A DNA stretch of 64,000 bases. Origin: an uncultured Nitrososphaerota archaeon. GTDB taxonomy: Archaea; Thermoproteota; Nitrososphaeria; Nitrososphaerales; Gagatemarchaeaceae. Position 1 is the first letter of the stretch. Every line of letters starts with the position of its first letter. A model generated the notes under the pieces. That model was not told the origin of the DNA. It saw nothing but the letters and a program-made list of their open reading frames with translations, and did no database searches. This document shows, one piece after another, positions 9,343-19,202 of this stretch. A program made the position numbers and the translations under genes. The stretch spans positions 512,001 through 576,000 of the forward strand of contig CAWISW010000002.1 of assembly GCA_963838925.1 (NCBI GenBank), written 5' to 3'.

Positions 9343-9660
9343 TCAGAACTTCTTGGCGTCGAAGCCGCTCTTCTCGAACTTCGTCGGGCTACGCCCCGGC
9401 TCCGGCTTCCTCTGACGCCGCTTTTCCGAGTCTGAGGCCTTGTCCGCATCGGCGCCTGACTTCGTGGCGTGACAAGCGGGGCAGAGAGCTCGGAAGTTCG
9501 AGGTGGGCGACGCCCCCCTGTTCGGTGCCGCCGCCGTCTGCTCGAAGTGAGGCGGGGCCCTCCCCACTGGCTCGAGGTCGGTCTGGCACTTGTCGCACTT
9601 GAAGGCCTGCCGTCTGAGGATCTCTGTCTTCCGGGACGAGGTCAGAGAAGATGTCTGCAT
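9343..9660 (-). CDS. HNH-like zinc-binding protein (probably degenerate)
   Basis: ILRRQAFKCDKC ... SNFRALCPACH. Confidence 0.55.
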   Translation of the reverse strand: MQTSSLTSSRKTEILRRQAFKCDKCQTDLEPVGRAPPHFEQTAAAPNRGASPTSNFRALCPACHATKSGADADKASDSEKRRQRKPEPGRSPTKFEKSGFDAKKF

Positions 9661-9786
9661 GGGCCAGACGGGACCGCCACTCCTGATAAGCCATGTGGTC
9701 TTGCGAAGGCGGCCCGGGGGCAAGCGAACGGGAAGAATCTCTTTAAAGCTGAGAGAAGGGTTGTGTGTGGGATTCCGTTATCAAGA

Positions 9787-10206
9787 ATGCCTGATGGCAA
9801 CGAAATTAGGGGCAACACGCTTAAGGTGTACATGCACCTGTTGAAGCACGGCCCCTCCGAGCTCAGAGACGTGCAGCGGGAGATTGGCCTTTCGACCCCC
9901 TCGCTCGCCTCGTACCATCTGGGAAAGCTCGTCGAAGCTGGCTATGTGAAGCAGGACGAACTGGGCAGGTATGTCGTGACGGGGGAGGCGTTGGGAGAGG
10001 TCCTGGCCGGCTACTCGAAGATAGGCGTGGCGATCGTTCCGCAGCTCTTCTTCTTCGCCCTGCTCTTCACAATCCTCACGGCGTTCTTCTCGATTGAAGT
10101 CATCCTCTACGCGAACTTCACCCTCTTCTTGGTCGCCGTCTCCTTCGCGATGGTAGTCATCCTTTGGTTCGAGACGGTCCGACTCTGGAGGAAGCTGGTT
10201 TCCTAG
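9787..10206 (+). CDS. Membrane-anchored HTH transcriptional regulator
   Basis: LKVYMHLL..RDVQREIGLSTPSLASYHLGKL plus two C-terminal TM helices. Confidence 0.75.
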   Translation: MPDGNEIRGNTLKVYMHLLKHGPSELRDVQREIGLSTPSLASYHLGKLVEAGYVKQDELGRYVVTGEALGEVLAGYSKIGVAIVPQLFFFALLFTILTAFFSIEVILYANFTLFLVAVSFAMVVILWFETVRLWRKLVS

Positions 10207-10267
10207 TGCCTGGCTTGATATTGGATTTATTGCAATAAACGTGTGAAGTCTCCAGAAGATTTTTAAT

Positions 10268-10284
10268 TTTCAACGCTCTTGAAA
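10268..10284. promoter_or_regulatory. Inverted-repeat operator TTTCAA-N5-TTGAAA (copy 1)
   Basis: TTTCAAcgctcTTGAAA upstream of the wHTH gene; second copy at 10850. Confidence 0.6.
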
Positions 10285-10397
10285 GCCCCTTCAGCGGCGT
10301 AGCATAATCAATCCTACTTGCCGTTCTGTGCCTTGATGTTCCGCATCAGAACGGCAGCGAACACGGCGGGCAGCCCCCTGGGCGAGGTGCGCAAGAA

Positions 10398-10739
10398 ATG
10401 ATCGAACAAGAGCTGACTTCGGACTTTGGCGAGACGCCGCCTCTCCGCAGGTTGCGCCCGAGGAGGTCCGCCCTGGAGCTTAGGATGGACATATTGACAG
10501 TCGTGAGAGACGGTGCCCAAGGGCCCACCCAGATCATGTTCAAGGCGAATCTTTCTTGGAAGCTCTTGACGCAGCACCTAAGGGAGCTTGTAGACAACGG
10601 CATTCTCTCCGAGCACAGCATCAAGAACAGGTTCTTCTACAGGCTGACGGACAAGGGGATAAGCATCCTGAGATCGTATGTCCATGTCGCGGACCAGTTC
10701 AACATGGTCGACCGCTACGGGATGCACTCTGACCTGTAG
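10398..10739 (+). CDS. Winged-helix transcriptional regulator (archaeal HTH_45-like)
   Basis: RRSALELRMDIL..GPTQIMFKANLSW..YRLTDKG; paralogue at 57640. Confidence 0.85.
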   Translation: MIEQELTSDFGETPPLRRLRPRRSALELRMDILTVVRDGAQGPTQIMFKANLSWKLLTQHLRELVDNGILSEHSIKNRFFYRLTDKGISILRSYVHVADQFNMVDRYGMHSDL

Positions 10740-10839
10740 AGTCGGGAAGAAGATGACTCCGCCATCCTCCGATGTCGGCTCTGGCCTCGCCGATGCTATT
10801 TCTTACAGCTGCAGGCGCTTCGGCCTCGAAGAATCTCAG

Positions 10840-10868
10840 CTTTCAAATGCTTTCAACCGCCTTGAAAG
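10840..10868. promoter_or_regulatory. Inverted-repeat operator CTTTCAA-N5-TTGAAAG (copy 2) plus an extra half-site
   Basis: CTTTCAAatgCTTTCAAccgccTTGAAAG upstream of the surface protein gene. Confidence 0.6.
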
Positions 10869-10912
10869 TACCCTCACCGGAGTAACTTAATCAACCCCGG
10901 CGGTCGTTGTGA

Positions 10913-12547
10913 ATGCGAAGCAAGGTGGCGGCGAAGGAAACGGCGAGTTACGGCCTTGCGGCCGTAGCGATAGCGGCGCTCATCATAGCCGGGTCTGTCA
11001 TATCCATGACCCTCGCCGCGCCGACGTCCCAGTCAATTCAGACTTCTTCCCAGTTCTCATCGGCCCAACAGCCGCCCCAGACATCCTCCACCCAGGCGAC
11101 GACCCAGAACAGCTCTAAACTCGTCACGACCGTCCAGCTCGAAAGGCCGGGCTCTGGAGCGTCAAATCAGTCGAGCACGACCCAAGGCCTAGGCGAAAGC
11201 GGGATCCTCAGCGTCTATCTCACCGATGCGCCTGCGTCGGGCGCGAACCTCAAGTACCTCTTGGTCAACGTCACCAGCCTGGCGGCCGCGTATCAAGGCA
11301 ACGGCACCTTGGACGCTTCGTCCTCCACGGCGAGCGCGTCCTCGACTGGAACCCAAGCCCTTAGCGTCTACATCCTCACCGTCCCATCGACGGTCGGCAT
11401 GAATGTCAACCTGACCAGCCTTCAAGGCCAGTCCCTCCCCCTCGGCGGCGCCGAGTTGCCTGCCGGAAGCATCAGTTCGGTTGTCGTCGACGTCAGCGGC
11501 GCGAAGGCCTTCTACACTGACGGCTCGACGGATCAGATCCCGGTGGTGGCGAATGGGGAATTGCCCGTCCCCATCCAATTTGGCCTGCAGCCGAACGGCT
11601 CCACGGACCTTACGCTCGACCTCAGTCCCAGCATGGCAAGCATCAACGAGGGCGTTGTCTTGACACCTGTGATCCACGCCATCGCCGTGGAGAATGGACT
11701 TAACGGTGCGACCACGGTTACGGTCACAACCACTGAAAGCCTGCCTCCGAGCACGTCCACTGTGACCTCGACTCAGACAGTGACGGCTCCAACCGTGACG
11801 ACGACAGTCGCATCGCCGACGACGACGACTCAGACGGTGACGGGTCCTGTTGAGACTACCACCGTCACCTCGCCCACGACGGTGACGACCACGACTGGCA
11901 TCGTCGTAACTTACGTCTCACCGACGACAACGACTCAGACAGTCACCTCCACGACTACGCTTCCACCCAGTACCACGACGGTGACCTCAACTACCACTCA
12001 GACTCCCTCTACCGCCACGACTTCGACCACTACTCAGACTGCGACCACAACGACAACCTCCGGCAGCGCCACCACCTCGACCACAACTCAGTCTTCACCT
12101 ACCACGACGACCTCAACCGCCACAAAGACTTCGACCACCACAGTTACATCAACCACGACTCAAACTCCCCCCACTACCACGACCTCCACATCTACTGCGT
12201 CAACCACCTCGCCCCCAACTACCACCACGACGTCCACCGCCACGGCGACATCAACGGCGACTCATACCACCACGACGACCGTGACATCAACCGCCACCAC
12301 GACGGAGACTTCGACTGCCACTCAGACCTCCACGGTCACAGTGACAAGGACCAGCACCACGACAGTCACGACGACCAGGACTACCCGCAGCGGCGCTGCC
12401 GTCCCAGTGGGAGCTAGCACCGAACCGCCATCAGCTGGTGCCTATGCCCCGGCATGGGCGTCCCCCACCCTTGCTCTAGGAGCGCTCTTGGTAACCGGCG
12501 CCACCGTCCTGGCGCTACCAAGATTCCGCCGAAGCTCAGGCGGATAG
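10913..12547 (+). CDS. Cell-surface protein: signal/TM, DUF4382-like domain, Thr-rich stalk, C-terminal TM
   Basis: LSVYLTDAP motif, ~230-aa poly-Thr/Ser/Pro region, C-terminal hydrophobic helix followed by RFRR. Confidence 0.75.
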   Translation: MRSKVAAKETASYGLAAVAIAALIIAGSVISMTLAAPTSQSIQTSSQFSSAQQPPQTSSTQATTQNSSKLVTTVQLERPGSGASNQSSTTQGLGESGILSVYLTDAPASGANLKYLLVNVTSLAAAYQGNGTLDASSSTASASSTGTQALSVYILTVPSTVGMNVNLTSLQGQSLPLGGAELPAGSISSVVVDVSGAKAFYTDGSTDQIPVVANGELPVPIQFGLQPNGSTDLTLDLSPSMASINEGVVLTPVIHAIAVENGLNGATTVTVTTTESLPPSTSTVTSTQTVTAPTVTTTVASPTTTTQTVTGPVETTTVTSPTTVTTTTGIVVTYVSPTTTTQTVTSTTTLPPSTTTVTSTTTQTPSTATTSTTTQTATTTTTSGSATTSTTTQSSPTTTTSTATKTSTTTVTSTTTQTPPTTTTSTSTASTTSPPTTTTTSTATATSTATHTTTTTVTSTATTTETSTATQTSTVTVTRTSTTTVTTTRTTRSGAAVPVGASTEPPSAGAYAPAWASPTLALGALLVTGATVLALPRFRRSSGG

Positions 12548-12593
12548 GTGTCAGACCCGCTGCATCGATGACGCCCCTTCTGCCAACTGCGGC

Positions 12594-14006
12594 TTACTGC
12601 TTCGCCCGAATCTTTTGCGCTAGGAGCTTCGCAACCACCCCCGGCTGGGCCCTTGGCTCATCCTCGAGGACCTGGCCGACGAGGTAGCTGAACGCCTTCT
12701 TGTCGTTCCGGGCCTCGTCCAGGGCTCCTGGCCTCGCCAGTAGCACGCCCTCGATGACAGCTCCGATGGCCTTCTCGTCGACCACCGCAGAGAGGTTCTT
12801 CTGTTGGACGACCTCGCCGACGCGCTTCCCCGTGCGGAGGGCCTCGCGCAGGGCCTCCTTGGCCTGGGCACGCGTTATGGAGTTCGAGGCAACCTTGCGC
12901 ACGAGCGCCACGAAGTCTTGGGGGGAGATGGCGCGCTCCCCGGCCACTGCGCCCCCCTCGAGCTCCCCGACGATGAGGCCAGCCATCTCTTGATACGCGC
13001 TATCGAGCTTCGCGCACTCCTCGAAGAACGAGGAGAGGTCGTTACGGGCCGCCAGCTCCCTCGCCAGCTGGGGCGAGAGGCCGAAGTCCTTCACATACCT
13101 CGCGGCCTTCGCGCCCGCCACCTCGGGCATCCCTTTCCGCACGGCCGCGACGGCGCTTGCGCCAAGGACGATCGGGCCGAGGTCGGGCTCAGGGAAGTAC
13201 CGGTAGTCCTGCTCCTCCTCTTTGGAGCGGAGGGCGATAGTGATGCTCCTGCGCTCGTCCCAGTGCCTGGTCTCGCTCGTCGCGTTCCCAGAGAAGGTCC
13301 TCTGCCTGAGTATCTCGTAGTTGAGGGCCTTCTCCACCTCCTTGAACGACGAGATGTTCTTCACCTCGACCCTCGCCCCTCCCGCCAGCGAGATGTTCGC
13401 GTCGCACCTCATCGCCCCGTCCAGCTCACCGTTCGAGACCCCGAGCGACTCGATCGTGGACCGCAGCTTCTCGAGGAACATCTTCGCCTCCCTTGCGTCC
13501 TCGAAGTCTGGCTCGGTGACTATCTCCACGAGGGCGATGCCCGCCCTGTTGTAGTCCACAAGGCTGTGGCTCGACTTGTCTATGGTCCCCTCGTATGTCA
13601 GCTTCCCGGGGTCCTCCTCAAGCTGGATCCTCGTGATCCGCACCCTCTTCCCCTCGACGTCGACGGACCCGGAGGAGGCTATCGCTACGCCACCCGCCTT
13701 GTCGTACTGGCTTATCTGGAAGCCCTTCGGAAGGTCGGGGTAGAAGTAGTTCTTCCTGTAGAAGAGCGAGCGGCTCGCCACCTTGCAGTTCAGGGCGAGG
13801 GCTACCATCGTGGCATATTCCACCGCCTTCGCGTTCAGGACGGGGAGCGTCCCCGGGAGCCCGAAGCAGACCGGGCATATCTTCTCGTTGGGCTCGCTCT
13901 CGCGGTAGTCCGAGGAGCAGGAGCAGAAGAGCTTCGTCTTCAGGGCGGTGAGCTGGCAGTGGACCTCGAGCCCGATCTTCACCTTGAGCCTCGACCCGGC
14001 CTGCAC
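12594..14006 (-). CDS. gatB: Asp/Glu-tRNA amidotransferase subunit B
   Basis: IGLEVHCQL, RKNYFYPDLPKGFQISQY, RCDANIS, YRYFPEPDL. Confidence 0.97.
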   Translation of the reverse strand: MQAGSRLKVKIGLEVHCQLTALKTKLFCSCSSDYRESEPNEKICPVCFGLPGTLPVLNAKAVEYATMVALALNCKVASRSLFYRKNYFYPDLPKGFQISQYDKAGGVAIASSGSVDVEGKRVRITRIQLEEDPGKLTYEGTIDKSSHSLVDYNRAGIALVEIVTEPDFEDAREAKMFLEKLRSTIESLGVSNGELDGAMRCDANISLAGGARVEVKNISSFKEVEKALNYEILRQRTFSGNATSETRHWDERRSITIALRSKEEEQDYRYFPEPDLGPIVLGASAVAAVRKGMPEVAGAKAARYVKDFGLSPQLARELAARNDLSSFFEECAKLDSAYQEMAGLIVGELEGGAVAGERAISPQDFVALVRKVASNSITRAQAKEALREALRTGKRVGEVVQQKNLSAVVDEKAIGAVIEGVLLARPGALDEARNDKKAFSYLVGQVLEDEPRAQPGVVAKLLAQKIRAKQ

Positions 14007-14007
14007 G

Positions 14008-15492
14008 CTACGCGGCCTCCGCCAGTGGCGGGCTCCTGAAGCCCACCTCGCTCCCAAAGATGCCAGCCACCCTAAGAAGGACGTCCTCCCTGAACTTGGG
14101 GCTGATCAGCTGCATTCCCACTGGGAGGCGGTCTGCCAGACCGCATGGGATGCTGATGGCCGGCAAGCCGGTGAGATTGGCAGCGACGGTGTTGATGTCT
14201 ATGAGGTAGTCCTCCAACGGCGTGACCTTCTCGCCGACCTTGGGGGGAAGCACCGGCATCGTCGGCCCGAGGAGCACGTCGAACTTCTTGAACGCGCGGG
14301 CGAATTCGTGTGCGAGGAGCGCCCTGACCCTCTGCGCCCGCACGTAGTACGCCTCGTAGTAGCCGGCCGATAGCACGAACGTCCCCAGGAGGATCCTGCG
14401 CTTCACCTCCTCGCCGAAGCCCTCGCTCCGCGTCTTGGCGAAAGCTGCGTTCCAATCAGCGGTTCCCGTCTCAGACGAGAACCCGTACCGGACCCCGTCG
14501 TATCTCGAGAGGTTCGAGCTCGCCTCTGCCATCGCGATGATATAGTAAACGGCAAGCGAGTAGGGGAGCGAATCCACGGAGATCTCTCCGACATCCGCCC
14601 CTAGCGTCTCAAGCTGCGAGCACCCGTCCATCACCTTGGCCTTGACCTTCGGATCGATGCCCTCGGCGAAGAACTCCTTGATCCTGCCCACCTTGAGGCC
14701 CCTCAGGTCGTCGAACCTGGCTGGCTCAAACGGCTCCCGTGCGGACGTCGCGTCCTCCGGGTCGTGCCCGGCTATCGCTCCGAAGAGGAGAGAAGCGCTC
14801 TCAGCGTCGCGTCCCATGGTGCCTATTTGCTCCAAGCTGTTGGCGTAGGGGATCAATCCGTACCTGCTGACCCTACCGTAGGTCGGCTTGAGCCCCACCA
14901 CCGAGCAGAAGCTTGCCGGGCACCTCACCGAGCCCCCGGTGTCGGAGCCGAGGGCGACGGAGGCCATCCCGGCGGCCACCGCAGCCGCGCTCCCGCCAGA
15001 CGACCCTCCGGGGACCCGCGCGACGTCCCAAGGGTTGAACGTGGGCCCGTAAGCAGAGCTCTGGGTCGTGTTCCCCATCGCGAACTCATCCATGTTCGCC
15101 TTCCCCAGGATGATCCCGTCCTCGAGCTCGATCCTTTGGATTACGGTGGCATCGTATGGCGGGTTGAACCCCTTGAGGATCTTCGAGCCGCAAGTGGCTT
15201 GGAGCGACCTCACGCATATGTTGTCCTTGACGGCGACCCCCAGGCCAGCCAGCCTTCCCAGCTTCTCGCCCTTCTTCGCCCGGCGGTCCAGTTCCTTGGC
15301 CTTGGCGAGGGCTCCCTCGCGGTTGAGCTGCAGGTACGCGTGGACCTTCGGCTCGAGCCTGTCTATCCTTTGGAATATTGACTCGATGTACTCCTCTGCA
15401 CGAAGCTCCCCATTGCCCACCATGGAGGGAACGAGGTGAGAGCTGACAGCGCGGCGCGACTTCGTCTCAGAACACCCTCGGCGCCCTGACAT
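14008..15492 (-). CDS. gatA: Asp/Glu-tRNA amidotransferase subunit A (start uncertain)
   Basis: VKDNI, NMDEFAMG, PGGSSGGS, GSDTGGSVR, SRYDGVRYG. Confidence 0.97.
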   Translation of the reverse strand: MSGRRGCSETKSRRAVSSHLVPSMVGNGELRAEEYIESIFQRIDRLEPKVHAYLQLNREGALAKAKELDRRAKKGEKLGRLAGLGVAVKDNICVRSLQATCGSKILKGFNPPYDATVIQRIELEDGIILGKANMDEFAMGNTTQSSAYGPTFNPWDVARVPGGSSGGSAAAVAAGMASVALGSDTGGSVRCPASFCSVVGLKPTYGRVSRYGLIPYANSLEQIGTMGRDAESASLLFGAIAGHDPEDATSAREPFEPARFDDLRGLKVGRIKEFFAEGIDPKVKAKVMDGCSQLETLGADVGEISVDSLPYSLAVYYIIAMAEASSNLSRYDGVRYGFSSETGTADWNAAFAKTRSEGFGEEVKRRILLGTFVLSAGYYEAYYVRAQRVRALLAHEFARAFKKFDVLLGPTMPVLPPKVGEKVTPLEDYLIDINTVAANLTGLPAISIPCGLADRLPVGMQLISPKFREDVLLRVAGIFGSEVGFRSPPLAEAA

Positions 15493-15775
15493 ACCTCCCC
15501 TTCCTCTGCGGGGTGCCCTCTAGGACTGCGTCGGCGGTCGAGGGCCGCACGACGTCTTCCCTCATCCCTCCACCCTCGGACGCCTCCGAGCCGGGCGCGA
15601 CCTTTGACAGGTCGACCCTGTCTAGGGCCGCGAAGTAATCGAGGATCGACGAGAGCTCACCCCGCAGGCGCTCCGCCTCCTTCGGTCCCAGGGAAAGTCG
15701 CGACAGGTCGGCAAGGCGTTCGACCTGGCTGAGGTCCACGGATGGGTTCCTGGGCGCCTTTGGCTTGCGAGACAA
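15467..15775 (-). CDS. gatC: Asp/Glu-tRNA amidotransferase subunit C
   Basis: VERLADLSRL..LSSILDYF..MREDV..YVRAPRV; upstream of gatA. Confidence 0.9.
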   Translation of the reverse strand: MSRKPKAPRNPSVDLSQVERLADLSRLSLGPKEAERLRGELSSILDYFAALDRVDLSKVAPGSEASEGGGMREDVVRPSTADAVLEGTPQRKGRYVRAPRVF

Positions 15776-15814
15776 GTCCGAGCCTCTCTCAGCTTTAGGG
15801 AATAAAACATTGCT

Positions 15815-16417
15815 ATGGGCAACCAAGGTCCATCCGGCGAACGAGTGGCGTTAGGGCCGAACCTTGATAAGGCGAGGAGGCCTCGAACCGTCTGGCGGTT
15901 AGAGAGATTCACCTCGGAGCCAGTAGACTCTGTGAAGGAGCGAATCTTGGCGGTCTGGCCCGAAGCCAACATCCACTGGGGGTTCAACTGGGGGCGGTCG
16001 CAGAAGCTGACGGAAGGGCGGATCTTCTTCACGGACACCAGGATGGTGATGGTCGGCCTGGTGAGCATAGTCAGCCCCGGCTTCGTGGGCGTCACCCTGG
16101 CTGTCCAGGCCGCCGAGCTGGAGCGCAAGCGGCAGAACGAGGAGATGCGGACTGCGAGCCTCGACAGCCTGCTCAAATCTGACGCCAAGAACCTGCAGAT
16201 CGGCTACGACCAGGTCTCCGAGATAAGCTACGACGGGAAGCACCTCAGAATCAAGTTCGGCGGCTCGGCGGTGAGGGTGCAACCCGTCAAGGCTGGGGGG
16301 CTGCTCGCCTATGCCCATCCCGACGCCGTTGCAGACCCAAAGCTGCTGATGAGGCAGACGGTCGAGGCCATGAGCGCCGTGCCGGCTCTGGCGGGCAAGG
16401 TCGTATCGAGGCGATAG
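15815..16417 (+). CDS. Hypothetical protein (PH-like fold possible)
   Basis: IFFTDTRMV, IGYDQVSEIS; divergent from gatC. Confidence 0.5.
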   Translation: MGNQGPSGERVALGPNLDKARRPRTVWRLERFTSEPVDSVKERILAVWPEANIHWGFNWGRSQKLTEGRIFFTDTRMVMVGLVSIVSPGFVGVTLAVQAAELERKRQNEEMRTASLDSLLKSDAKNLQIGYDQVSEISYDGKHLRIKFGGSAVRVQPVKAGGLLAYAHPDAVADPKLLMRQTVEAMSAVPALAGKVVSRR

Positions 16418-16511
16418 AGCCGCTTCCATGTGTCCACTTGGCGCCATCAAGGCTCCAGGGGGCAAAGGCCTCGGCGGGTCTTCCTACAGGCGCAGCAATC
16501 GAAGGCCTCCC

Positions 16512-17306
16512 CTAGTCCCCGCGCGGGGGTTCCGTCTCCGGCCGGCTGCTGAGGACCGCCGTGAAGAACGCTCCCCCGTAGAGAATGGTTATTGTCCTGT
16601 AGAGCCAGCTTATCGGGTCGCCAGGGTGCCTGATGAACACGTACGTCACGATGCTCGTCACCACAAGGAGCATCCCGACCACGTACCAGTAGAGTATGTC
16701 GGACCGCGTCGCGAGGTAGTTCCTCCCCAGCACGGCGCACGCGAGCGCGAAGAGGGCCGCGGCGCAGATGAGCACGTCGACCGAGAGGGACGTCGGCTGA
16801 GACGACGCAAAGAACGGGGGTATCCAGCGCTCCGCCGCTCCTAGCGAAACCAACGCCGCGACCAGGGCCAGCGCCCCATACGCGGCGACCAACCATGACC
16901 TTCTCTGGCCAGGAGCGACGACCACGTCGCGCTGGGTGAGCAACGCGCCGGTCGCCTGGAAGACCGCCCCGAAGAAGATGCCGAAGAGGTTCAGGACGAT
17001 GTAATAGAACGCGATGTCTTGGTCGCTCGTCCCGACCCACGTCGATAGCGTGGCAAGGCAAAGCGCCAGGATCCCGCACCCCATGATCTGGATGCTGAGG
17101 TGGCCGTCCCTCAGGAAGGCCTTCGACGAGATGTATGCGACCACCAGCCCGGCGGGCAGCAGGAAGATCGTGTTGAGCCACGCGTAGGCGAAGGGAGGGT
17201 TGAAGTAGGAAGTTGGCGAGAGCGGAGCTTGGGGAACCGCCGCGTTGAGGAGAACGAGGAGGGCCAGGACGGCCTGGATGCCGATGAGCGGCACAAGCTT
17301 GTTCAT
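16512..17306 (-). CDS. Multi-pass membrane protein, stand-alone membrane sensor-like (MASE-like)
   Basis: About 7 TM helices, no cytoplasmic output domain; downstream of the KaiC-like gene. Confidence 0.55.
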   Translation of the reverse strand: MNKLVPLIGIQAVLALLVLLNAAVPQAPLSPTSYFNPPFAYAWLNTIFLLPAGLVVAYISSKAFLRDGHLSIQIMGCGILALCLATLSTWVGTSDQDIAFYYIVLNLFGIFFGAVFQATGALLTQRDVVVAPGQRRSWLVAAYGALALVAALVSLGAAERWIPPFFASSQPTSLSVDVLICAAALFALACAVLGRNYLATRSDILYWYVVGMLLVVTSIVTYVFIRHPGDPISWLYRTITILYGGAFFTAVLSSRPETEPPRGD

Positions 17307-17435
17307 CTTCTCGACTCTGCGTTCTCTTCCTCTCGCCTAGGCCTTGGAGCGGCGCTTAGGCGTGCGAGGGGTTGGTCGAGCCTCTCCCCGCCCGTCTGGT
17401 TCCTGCATCGGTCCTTGTCTTCGAGGCGTCCGACG

Positions 17436-18248
17436 TCATGCCTCATGCGACCTCTTCCCTTTCCCCCCGGTCAGGGCGTCCGAGAACTTGCCGGCTGCTA
17501 AGTCTACCCTGGCGGTCCTTCTCGCCGAGCCTGTCATTATCCCTTCGTACTCGGAGAACGACGCCCCGAGCTTGAGCCCGCTAGATGTTATCTGGTACTC
17601 CCTGAGCCCGTTGTCGTAATCGCTTCCCCTCATCTTCATGATGGCCAGCGCCCTCCTCATCGACGACTGGATCTCGACGGGCTTCATCATGACGATCGAG
17701 TCCACCAAGAAACTCGTGCCAGTCTCGGTTATCGCGCCGACGGCCCCCATGAGCTGGGGCGCCTCGACGAGGAGAAGGGAGCTCAACCTCTTCGTCTTGA
17801 GATACATTATCAGTCGGTATGTCTCCTTGCGAAGCTCCTTCTCGTCGTCGACGTACATTGACATGTGGCTGATCGAGTCGATGACTATCCTGCGCGGATG
17901 GACTTCAGCGATGAACGAGTCGAGCAGGTTCTCGCCTCCGTCCCCGGAGGCCAGCACGATGTCGGGCGAGGTGCAGACCATTCTGAGCTTGTCCTGCTCC
18001 TCCAGAGCCCTGACGTCCCAGCCGAAGGTCATCGCGTCCCTGTATAGCTGGTCGGGCAGCTGCTCGAAGGTTACGTAGATTCCGTTCTCGCCGTACTTGG
18101 TCGCGCCGTTCACAAGGTACTGGAGGCCGAGGGTGGTCTTTCCTGAGCCAGCGGTCCCAGCCACCATTACCGCATCCCGCTCAAGGAACCCGCCCGAGAG
18201 CATCTCGTCGAACTCCGGTATCCCGGTCTTGACCCTGGCGTTGGCCAT
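17436..18248 (-). CDS. Single-domain KaiC/RAD55-like ATPase
   Basis: KTGIPEFDEMLSGG, GTAGSGKTT, YVTFEQ, RIVIDSIS, IMKMRGS. Confidence 0.92.
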   Translation of the reverse strand: MANARVKTGIPEFDEMLSGGFLERDAVMVAGTAGSGKTTLGLQYLVNGATKYGENGIYVTFEQLPDQLYRDAMTFGWDVRALEEQDKLRMVCTSPDIVLASGDGGENLLDSFIAEVHPRRIVIDSISHMSMYVDDEKELRKETYRLIMYLKTKRLSSLLLVEAPQLMGAVGAITETGTSFLVDSIVMMKPVEIQSSMRRALAIMKMRGSDYDNGLREYQITSSGLKLGASFSEYEGIMTGSARRTARVDLAAGKFSDALTGGKGKRSHEA

Positions 18249-18254
18249 ATCTTC

Positions 18255-18551
18255 TCACGACTTTAGTCCGGAGAAGTGCCTCTCGAGGGAGGCCTGGATC
18301 TCGCGGTCCCGCGAACGGTTCAACTGGATCACCTCGGTCTTCGACCTCCCGACGTTTCTTCTCGTCAGGAGGCCCAGCTCGACGAAGTCCCTCACGTCCG
18401 GTGCGACCTCGGCGCCCGACCTCCCTATCCTGACCGCGACCCCCGTCATGGTGTCGACGAGGCCTGGATTGCGATGGAAGAGCGTGAGCAGGTCTGTCTT
18501 GACCTCGGACGAAAGCAACCGCTGGATGAGGACCTCGCTCTCGGAGCTCAT
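18255..18551 (-). CDS. Small winged-helix protein (KaiC-associated)
   Basis: LLTLFHRNPGLVDTMTGVAVRIGR..DFVELGLL. Confidence 0.65.
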   Translation of the reverse strand: MSSESEVLIQRLLSSEVKTDLLTLFHRNPGLVDTMTGVAVRIGRSGAEVAPDVRDFVELGLLTRRNVGRSKTEVIQLNRSRDREIQASLERHFSGLKS

Positions 18552-18886
18552 CTTGCGAACACCTGGTGCTGCACCTGCCTCCCCCCGAACACCTGCCTCG
18601 CCTTTCTGACGCTCTCTTCGAACGAGCTTTGCTCATTGGAGCGGGCCGGCAAGAGTCCCATCTTGTCCCACAGCCGCTTCACTATCGCCACCTCGACGAT
18701 TGGGCTACCGGCGAGAAGGACCGCGCGCAGGTTCCTGCCAAACTCGTCCGGCTTTTCGGCAGACTGGGGAAACTTGAGGTGGAAGAGGAGTGCCCTTCCG
18801 GGGTTCTCTCCCACGATGCCCTGGATGGTCTCCTGTATCGATTCCTTGAACACCTCAAGGAAGCGTCGCTCATCGTCATTGGGCAT
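18548..18886 (-). CDS. DUF3227/archaeal output-domain-like small protein
   Basis: IQGIVGE..ALLFHL..PDEF..LRAVL..SPIVEVAIVKRL; overlaps the next gene (ATGA). Confidence 0.6.
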   Translation of the reverse strand: MPNDDERRFLEVFKESIQETIQGIVGENPGRALLFHLKFPQSAEKPDEFGRNLRAVLLAGSPIVEVAIVKRLWDKMGLLPARSNEQSSFEESVRKARQVFGGRQVQHQVFAR

Positions 18887-19202
18887 TGGGTGTCACCGGA
18901 AGTTGCAGGGTCGTCAAAGCGGCATCTGGGGACGTGCGAGGGGCGGTCGCCGCGGAAAGCGGATTCCGACGTCCCTCCTGTCTCGCCGCAGTTCCCACTG
19001 AAGGCAACACAGGCATCAACATCATCGGAGAAATTCGCAATTTCGGCAACCGATATTTAGATATTATGAATCTAAGGACCACCCCACGTCCAGTTAATGC
19101 AAGATGTGTGCTAGCCCTTGGACATGAGGCTGGCACGATGACCAGAGCGCCGTCAAACGGCGAGAACGTGGCCTGAGGGCTCGCACTCACGCGCAATCCG
19201 GC

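Noticed and set aside
11700-12390. ACC/ACG-rich tract as a DNA repeat element
   Set aside because: Explained by the Thr-rich stalk of the surface protein; codons vary
12804-14039. Long antisense or alternative-frame ORFs (also 20188-21162, 31221-32534, 35559-36869, 47887-49290)
   Set aside because: Shadow ORFs of well-supported genes in high-GC DNA, with no motifs
19056-19076. TTTAGATATTA as an archaeal dif site
   Set aside because: One arm resembles XerA arms, but the 11-6-11 geometry is absent
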